A DNA stretch of 44,521 nucleotides from positions 496,001 to 540,521 of the forward strand of contig JASTWF010000326.1 in the NCBI GenBank assembly GCA_030390025.1, in the 5' to 3' direction. The translations under genes were made by a program, and so were the position numbers. Below are positions 36,770-44,521 of this stretch, one piece after another; the stretch's first letter is position 1; the number at the start of each line of letters is the position of its first letter. The notes below the pieces were generated by a model that was given only the letters and a program-made list of their open reading frames with translations, searched no databases and was not told where the DNA came from. The stretch is from Squalus acanthias (lineage: Eukaryota).

Positions 36770-37649
36770 CTGTTTCTCTCTCCACAGATGCTGCCTGGCC
36801 TGCTGAGTATTTCCAGCATTTTCTGTTTTTATTTCAGATTTCCAGCATCCGCTGTATTTTGCTTTTGTACAAAGATTCTGATGTTGAGTTAGATTAAGAG
36901 TTAAACTCCTACCCAATCTATTTACAGACTCAGGGTAAATCTTGGAAATGGATAAGAAATCGGCTTAATGGAAGAAAATAACAGGTACTTGTTAAAGATT
37001 TATGCCAAAGTGGGTGGAAATATTGAGTGTGTTGCCCCAGGAATTGGTGTTGGGCCCACTATCGTTGCTAATTTACAAGGATTCAGAAACTCAATGTAAA
37101 TTGTTCAAATTTGCAGATGATAGCAAACTAGGAGGGGGAGTGGAAGAGTGGTGGCAGCTCAGAAATTACAGAATGAGTTGAACAAAATAAGTATGTTGGC
37201 AGAACAATGGCAGATAAAATTTAATGCAGACAATGCACATAGGAAGGAAAAATGGGCCAATCACATCGTCTACGAACGGTGCTGAAATAGCTAAGGATCA
37301 AGTTGAAAGAGACCGAAATTACTCCGTAGACTCGACATTCAGATGTCCAATCAATATAAAGCAGCAATCAAGAGAGCCAATAGAATGTTCAAATACATAA
37401 CCAAATCAGTAGAATACAGTCAGAGGAAGTTGTGATTAAACTGGACAGTGCTCTGTCCAGTCCTGGTTGCCAAAATGCAAAGAAGATATTGGCCGGAATT
37501 TTCTTGCTGCCGTGCGTGCGAGATTGTCTAGAGTTTGCAAGTCTTTTCTGCAAATTCGGAAGCCACTCTCACCTCATTGCTACTAACTATCACACCATTG
37601 ATAGATTGCTTCTCTGATCTCTACTTGACCTGCCATCTAATACATCAGC

Positions 37650-38858
37650 ATGGGTGCCATTTATATTATCCCACCTTGGTCCTCAGAATCGGACCAGGAT
37701 GAGCCCCAGCACCAGCAGCAGCAGGCACACCAGCAGCACTAACAACAACACCAACAACCTTCTCCTCAACCACCTGATGCTTCACAGGACAGAGGGCATC
37801 AGCGCAGGGCTGCACCGCACCAGAGGCGATACCTCCAACACAGGGTATACAGGCAGAGGATGAGCTTCCTCAACATGAATGAGCAGCAGTGCCAAAGGAG
37901 GCTCAGGCTATCGCACCAGGTCGTCACAAAACATTTGTAGCTTGCTGGGGCAAGACCTGCAACCCAGAGGGCCTGCTGTACATACCATACCAGTGGCTGT
38001 TAAAGTCACCAGCGCCCTCAACTTCTTCACCTCGGGCTCCTTCCAGGGATCCGCAGCAGACATTTGTGGAATCTCGCAGTCAGCCGCCCACAGATGCATC
38101 ATACAGGTCACCAATGCCCTGTTTGACAAGTCAGCTAATTATATCAACTTTGCCACTGATGAAGCCAATGTTAGGGAGTGTGCACTCAGCTTTGCCACTC
38201 TGGCTGGTTTCTCACAGCTGCAGGGTGTCATCGATTGCACACATGTGGCCATCAGGGCACCCCATCATCACCCAGCAGTGTTTGTAAAGCGCAAGGGCTT
38301 CCACTCCCTCAATGTGCAGCTCGTCTGCAACCATAGGAAGATCATCATGCATGTGTGCCCAAAATTCCTTGGCAGCTTCCATGACTCTTTCGTCCTGTGC
38401 CAGTCCACCCTCACTCAGCTATTTCACCTCCAAACAGACTTCCCCGGCTGGCTGCTTGGAGACAAGGGCTATCCACTGAAGACGTAGCTCATTACACCCT
38501 TGAGGTGGCCAAGTACTGAGGCCGAGCAGAGATATAATGAAAGCTACATGTCCAGCAGATGTGTCATAGAGCAAAACAATAGGCATGCGCTTCAGATGCC
38601 TTGACAGATCTGGAGGAATCCTTCAGTATGCACCAGCCAGGGTAATCAGAATCGGTATTTTCTGCTGCGCACTACACAACATAGAGCAGCAACGAGGATT
38701 AGCGCTGCATGAGGAGCAAGGCGCAGAGTGCACAGCCTCTTCAGAGGATATGGATGAGGAGGAGCAGGAGGAGCCTGATGTCCAGATGCCAGCAGCACCC
38801 GAGCATATTGCTGCCCGGGCCGGCCAGGGATGGCCTCATCATGGCCAGATTTACTTAA
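37650..38858 (+). pseudogene. Harbinger D transposase
   Basis: [70 protein letters not shown]; frameshifts and stops. Confidence 0.93.
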
Positions 38859-39139
38859 CTTCCTGCATTACACCCATGTGGCTGCCACATGTTGTGCCAA
38901 GATCTCCCCTCCCCCCACAACACCATAAAGCATCCCTACAATGATCAAGCCATTCCTTTCACACTGACCCCCATTGTTGGAGGTAATGTTATATCTCACC
39001 ATTCACTCCAACTCACTAAGCCACTTCCAAAGTAACAGACAAAAAATGGCATGACCTGAATGTGGTGAAAATAAATAGTTTTGTATGTGACATACAGTAA
39101 CGGAACTTTAACAAAAACACTTCTTTAAACACCCAGGTG

Positions 39140-40886
39140 CTTACTCTTGTGCATCTACCTCTGTGTCATTTTTCGTTTACGCGTGCTTCTTCAAGGTGCA
39201 ACCCCTGTGGCTTCGGCAGAGATAGAGGCAGCCTGCTCACTTCCCTGCTGCAACTGCACAGACCCTTTTGGCAGACATCCTCTGGGCTTTAGAGCCTGTG
39301 AAGGCCCCGCCAAAGTCTGCTCCTCCTGCGACTGTGCAGGGGCAGACTCAGCTATCGCGATCCGAGGAGGCATCTTGGGCTCTGACTGAGAGGGAGGCAA
39401 TGGGGGAGAAGTGTGAGCGCTTTGAGAGGACCCCCACTTCCATGTCCCCTCTCACTATCATCCCTCTCATGGGCCACCTGCACTGCCCTGCTAGCCAGGA
39501 GCTGGAGAGCAACTTGCTGCACAGCAGTGGGGCCATGAGGACCCAAGTCTATGTTGGCATCCTTCCAAGAGAGGAGATCTATGAGCCTCTGCCATCTGTT
39601 CTCCATAGATGGCATGTGCCCATGTGAGTGGTGCATTAGCTGCTCCATGCAGGTGGCCATCCTTTCCATGGAAGAGCCTACGGTCGCCAATGCCTGCGAC
39701 ACGGTGGTGCTCATGTTGGAGATGAACTCCTCCATTCTCTGAACATTTGCAGACACTGCGGCCGCAAAACCTGTCAGAGCCTCCTGCACTTCTTGCTGCT
39801 CCTCCAGGATCACCCTCTTTCTCGATGGCCCGCGAGGCTCAGCGTCTGCATGCAGCTGAGCAGAGCTGGAAGCGTCCTGCGCCCTCCAGCAAGGAGTCTC
39901 CACTGCTGTCCCTGTCTCCACCATCTCCTCTTGCTCGCTTGTGACTTGTGAAACACCAGGTGACAACACTACTCTAAGTTGGCAAGTAAAGAGATGATTT
40001 AGAAATGTTATATTAAGAATGGGTAATGTTATCATTATGCACATGATGAACATTCACTGGCTGCTGACATCAGTCCCCATATGAGTGTCTGCTGTATGCC
40101 ATGTGGCTGTATGCGATGTAATTCTGTCACCAGGTTGCTGTAAGTTCCCCCGCTCTCCGTCTCCCACCGCCAGCTGCTCCACAACTCCTGAGACCTCCAG
40201 GGTGACTTCATTTGCTGCTGTCAAAGTGGCGAAGGATGGAGGGCCAGCTCCGGTTCTCTCCCTCTCCCTGTTATTGTGGGCTCTCTTCTCCTGCAAGGAG
40301 GGAAAGAAGAGAAGTTTGAGTGAGAGTGATGGCATGAGTGTAAGGAATGTGTGGGTTACATCTGTAGAGGGTGACTATGAGGGAGTGTGGTGCCAATGCT
40401 AAAGTGCCAATGCCAAATGGCCTCCTTGTGTGGTGTTAGTTAATATGATTGCTTTAGTTTGAGGGTGAGTGTGAGGGGTGGTTAGTCAGAGGGGGATGTG
40501 AGTACGTAGATAGAGAGAAAGGGATGGGTGGATGTACAAGGTATGTTGGTGTGAGGAATGGTGTGCACGAGTAGGCTTGGGAAGGCAGAGTGATTGGGAT
40601 GTGATGACAGGCACAGCAGGATGAAGTTGAGTGTGGTTTGCACTTACCTTTCCTGATCTAATGAGATCATTGAAGCGCTTCTGCACTACACCCACATCTT
40701 CCTCACCGCATCCCTGCTGTTGGCCTCCCCGGCAATTTGGAGCCAGGCTCTTTTAGTCTCCTGGGAAGGTCTCTTCTGCCCATCAGCAGGGAAGAGGACC
40801 TCCCTGCGTGCTCTGACTTCCTCCACAAGAATATGTAGGGAGTCATCTGAAAACTTGGGTGTCGCCCTCTGTCTCTGTGAAGCCAT
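39140..40886 (-). pseudogene. Harbinger D Myb/SANT gene (exon 1 40886-40648, exon 2 40290-40131, exon 3 partly deleted)
   Basis: MASQRQRATPKFSDDSLHILVEEV...AWLQIA...KRFNDLIRSGK|gtaagt; EKRAHNNRERERTGAG; exon 3 similar to element A. Confidence 0.87.
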
Positions 40887-40975
40887 CTCTGCAAGGCTGA
40901 GCAATAACCAGATGGTGGTGTCTACTGCCCGCACACTCCTAGATGAACCTTCAAATGCAATGTGGCCAAGGCTGC

Positions 40976-41015
40976 TTTAAATATCCCCGCAGGAAATGAG
41001 TCATCGATGACGTCA
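40976..41015 (-). promoter_or_regulatory. Putative promoter of the Harbinger D Myb gene
   Basis: CRE tgacgtca (41008-41015), AP-1 tgagtca (40997-41003), TATTTAAA on the minus strand (40976-40983). Confidence 0.45.
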
Positions 41016-42024
41016 TCAGACCCGCACCATTTAATAGGACCGCGAAACACGCAGGCCTGCCTTAATAGGCGCCATTAACGGAAAGTCACTCTGAGGAGTG
41101 GGATGAAAAGAAGAACGGGGCTCTGACCCGCCACGCTGACCGCCCGGGTAATGAAAATTCCGGCCATTGAGCACCGGAAGCATGCAGAGGCATAAGATCT
41201 GAGGATCCTCAAAGATATGAGGAAAAACTGGAGTTCATTGGCTTTTCAGCATGGAAAGGAGGCATCTGAGGTGAAATTATAGAGTTACATAATATAGTTA
41301 ATGATATATAAAAGGTAACTCCAGAATATTACTTCAAATTAAATTGCGAGAGTAGGGCAAGGGAACACAGACTCAAATGAGTAAAAAGTAAATTTGGACT
41401 TAAATCAGGAAGTTCTTCTGCACACACAGAGTGATTAGTACATGGAATGGCCTTTTGGGATAGATTAGTGGAGGCTAAATTCCAGTAAAGAAAAAATTGA
41501 ATGCTACAATTAAGGGACTTTAGGATCATTCTGAATGGGATTCCTCAACCATAACTACCTTGTGATCTAATGTAATCACAAATAATACTTAAAAACTTTT
41601 CTTGAAACGAATGAACCATGATGCTTTTTGTACAAAGCTAGTTTTTTCTATATATCTTTTATTCGATACCAACAGAAACTATAAAACTAACCAAAGTACA
41701 TGAAATAATTCACTGAATATGAACCAGTAATTCAGTGGAGCAAGTTTCTGTTGCGAGGGCAAGATTGATTGGAATCTTAGCTGGTCCAATAGATGATTAA
41801 TCTCCATGTCTGTTAAGTGTTACTAAGCTGGAATTCACTTTTTGGGAAATCAGATGCACTGTAATGTGATGAATTACGCAGGAATTTATTTTTGGACCAC
41901 TGGTTGGCACAGTCGTGAGAGTGCATTATAGTAATTAATTACTGTAATTAAATTCTATCTTGCACTGGGAATATTGTTTAATACACCTGTTGCTAGCAAA
42001 AGTTGTTATTTTTAGAGTTTAATT

Positions 42025-43499
42025 CATAGAGTCATAGAGTTATACAGCACAGAAAGAGGCCCTTCTGCCCATCGTGTCTGCACCGGCCATCAAGCCCTGT
42101 CTATTCTAACCCCATTTTCCAGCACTTGGTCCGTAGCCTTGTATGCTATGGCGTTTCAAGTGCTCATCTAAATGCTTCTTGAATGTTGTGAGGGTTCCTG
42201 CCTCTACCGCCCTTTCAGGCAGTGAGTTCCAGATTCCAACCACCCTCTGGGTGAAAAAGTTTTTCCTCAAATCTCCTCTAAACCTCCTGCCCCTTACCTT
42301 GAAACTATGCCCCCTGGTTATTGACCCCTCGACTAAGGGGAAAAGTTCATTTCTATCTACCCTATCTATGCCCCTCATAATTTTGTACACCTCAATCAGG
42401 TCACCCCTCAGCCTTCTCTGCTCTAAGGAAAACAACCCCAGCCTGTCCAGTCTCTCTTCATAGCTGAAGCGCTCCAGCCCAGGTAACATCCTGGTTAATC
42501 TCCTCTGCACCCTCTCCAATGCAATAACATCCCTCCTATAGTGTGGCGACCAGAACTGCACACAGTATTCCAGCTGTGGCCTAACTAGCATTTTGTACAG
42601 CTCCATCATAACCTCCCTGCTCTTATATTCTATGCCTCGGCTAATGAAGGCAAGTATCCTATATGCCTTTTTAACCACCTTATCTACCTGTCCTGCTGCC
42701 TTCAGGGATCTAGGTACATGCACACCAAGGTCCCTCTGATCCTCTGTCCTTCCTAGGGTCCTACCATTCATTGTGTATTCCTTGCCTTGTTAGTCCTCCC
42801 AAAATGCATCACCTCACACTTTTCAGGGTTAAATTCCATTTGCCACTGTTCTGCCCATCTAACCAACCCGTCTATATCGTCCTGTAGCCTGAGGCTTCCC
42901 TCCTCGCTATTTACCACTCCACCAATTTTCGTGTCATCTGCGAACTTACTGATCATACCTCCCACATTCATATCTAAATCATTAATGTACACTACAAACA
43001 GCAAAGGACCCAGCACCGATCCCTGCGGTACACCTCTGGACACAGGCTTCCAGTCACAAAAACAACCTTCGACCATCATCCTCTGCCTCCTGCCACTAAG
43101 CCAATTTTGGATCCAATGTGCCAAATTGCCCTGGATCCCATGGGCTCTTACCTTCTTGACCAGTCTCCCATGTGGGACTTTGTCAAAAGCCTTACTGAAG
43201 TCCATGTAGACTACATCAACTGCACTACCCTCATCCACACACCTAGCCACCCACTCGAAAAATTCAATCAAATTGGTTAGACATGATCTCCCCCTGACAA
43301 AGCCATGCTGACTATCCTTGATTAATCCTTGCCTCACCAAGTGGAGACTAATTCTGTCCCTCAGAATTTTTTCCAATAATTTCCCTACCACTGATGTTAG
43401 GCTCACTGGCCTGCAATTCCCTGGTTTATCCCTACTACCCTTCTTGAAAAATGGTACTACGTTAGCTGTTCTCCAGTCCTCTGGCACCTCCCCTGTGGT
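42025..43499 (-). mobile_element. CR1 LINE 3' part, same subfamily as 13505-15376
   Basis: Near-identical RT peptide and (actctatg)2 tail; cut at TGEVPEDW by a Penelope-like element. Confidence 0.94.
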
Positions 43500-43589
43500 C
43501 ATGATGCGGAGATGCCGGTGTTGGACTGGGGTGGACAAAATTGAGAGGTCGCACAACACCAGGTTATAGTCCAACAGTTTTATTTGAAA

Positions 43590-43631
43590 TCACAAGCTTT
43601 CGGAGCTATCGATCGCCCCTTCCTCAGGTGA
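43590..43631 (-). ncRNA. Minimal type I hammerhead ribozyme with intact core
   Basis: Minus strand tcac-CTGAGGA-a-ggggc(gatcgata)gctcc-GAAA-gc-TT-gtga; palindromic AGCU stem III, CUU triplet. Confidence 0.75.
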
Positions 43632-43701
43632 AGTAGTAAAGAAATACAGACTCGACAAAGCATATATAGATAGAGAACAATGCATGTGTACCTTACAATA
43701 G

Positions 43702-44202
43702 CCTAACCTCAGAAGTACCATCGTTCGCAGCAAATTACCCAGCTTTCAGGATAACAGCGACCACGACACCACACAACCCTGCCACGGCAAACTCTGCAAG
43801 ACATGCCAGATCATCAACACAGATACCACCATCACACGTGAGGACACTACCCACCAGGTACATGGTACATACTCATGTGACTCGGCCAATGTTGTCTCCC
43901 TCATACGTTGCAGGAAAGAATGCACTGCGGCATGGTACATCAGCGAGACCATGCAGACACTGAGACAACGTATGAATGAGCACCGCGCAACAATCACCAG
44001 GCAGGATTGTTACCTCCCAGTCGGGGAACACTTCAGCAGTCAAGGACATTCAGCCTCGGATCTGCGGGTAAGCGTTCTCCAAGGCAACCTTAGGAACACA
44101 CGACAGCGCAAAATCATCGAGCAGAAACTGATAGCCAAGTTCCGCACTCATGAAGACGGTCTCAACCGGGATCTTGGGTTTATGTCACGATACATGACGT
44201 GA
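43702..44202 (+). pseudogene. Penelope-like GIY-YIG endonuclease C-terminal fragment
   Basis: PNLRSTIVRSKL, CHGKLCKTC, CDSANVVSLIRCRKEC..WYISETMQTLRQRMNEH, VGEHF, GLNRD; open frame but altered catalytic-motif residues. Confidence 0.88.
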
Positions 44203-44521
44203 TCCGGACTCAAGTCGTCGTTGGCTTGTTCACAGATGTGATTCCCAGTAAAAAAGTAAAAATTTTCCCAGTAAAAAAGTAAATTTTTTTTACAGCTTAT
44301 CGTTTTACATACAGACAGCAGCTTTTGACACGTTAGACCCCCTGCGACTCCACTTCATTGTCTCAGTTGTATCTTGCTATGTCTTTGATGTGGTACCTTC
44401 CTGGCTGACCTGATTAACTTTATCACACCTCGGCAGATAGTCAGGATGATTTAATTTAGTTGTCTGCAATTGTAAGGTACACATGCATTGTTCTCTATCT
44501 ATATATGCTTTGTCGAGTCTG

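Larger units (their letters stand above)
30818..36868 (+). mobile_element. Penelope-like retroelement, 5'-truncated, with its 3' UTR split by a CR1
   Basis: RT thumb plus GIY-YIG coding to 31763; 3' UTR runs to ...gcttaaa (32035) and appears to resume at cctgtt (36709) with the hammerhead and tail. Confidence 0.8.
37491..41165. mobile_element. PIF/Harbinger DNA transposon D (defective), related to element A
   Basis: Perfect 13-bp TIRs ggccggaattttc and gaaaattccggcc; ATT TSD; convergent genes. Confidence 0.95.
36925..41560 (+). mobile_element. Ancient CR1 relic split by Harbinger D (pieces ~36925-37490 and ~41169-41560)
   Basis: PQELVLGPL, KFADDSKLGG and WQIKFNAD on the left; FCTHRVISTWNGL-like sequence on the right. 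Confidence 0.7.
43500..44521 (+). mobile_element. Penelope-like retroelement, 5'-truncated with an inverted pseudo-LTR; runs off the window
   Basis: GIY-YIG coding 43702-44202; 43647-43699 is the exact reverse complement of 44469-44521. Confidence 0.88.

Noticed and set aside
36000..36785. 261-aa ORF as a novel fused esterase gene
   Set aside because: Chance read-through from the antisense Penelope tail into truncated CR1 ORF1; same for the N-terminus of 42768-43574
13558..43569. Many antisense ORFs over CR1 and Tx1 coding regions
   Set aside because: Shadow frames of retroelement ORF2; their recurrence only reflects repeat homology
44242..44290. Tandem ttcccagtaaaaaagtaaa duplication
   Set aside because: Ordinary local slippage duplication in a 3' UTR

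Overview
Eukaryotic, transposon-saturated DNA, most likely intronic or intergenic sequence from a cartilaginous fish (inferred from an HE1-type V-SINE, HER1/CR1 LINEs, Penelope-like tails and a DeuSINE-like relic). Most of the window is nested, mostly decayed mobile elements. There are four PIF/Harbinger DNA transposons, each with a HARBI1-like DDE transposase convergent with a Myb/SANT gene, 3-bp TSDs and short TIRs. There are also three 893-bp copies of a young Harbinger-type MITE plus other MITEs, five large CR1 LINEs plus older CR1 relics, three Tx1/L1-clade ORF2 fragments (two in head-to-tail tandem), two Penelope-like GIY-YIG retroelements each carrying a minimal hammerhead ribozyme motif, and SINEs. 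No intact autonomous element and no identifiable host gene were found; there are only weak candidate host exons. I see no convincing evidence of a wholly new biological system. The most unusual items are the TACAA-punctuated Tx1 tandem inside a 6-kb composite insertion, the hammerheads (one with an intact core, in an inverted pseudo-LTR), the 893-bp MITE with convergent promoter-like motifs, and a 50-bp templated insertion. All alignments were done by eye, and boundaries without TSDs are approximate.
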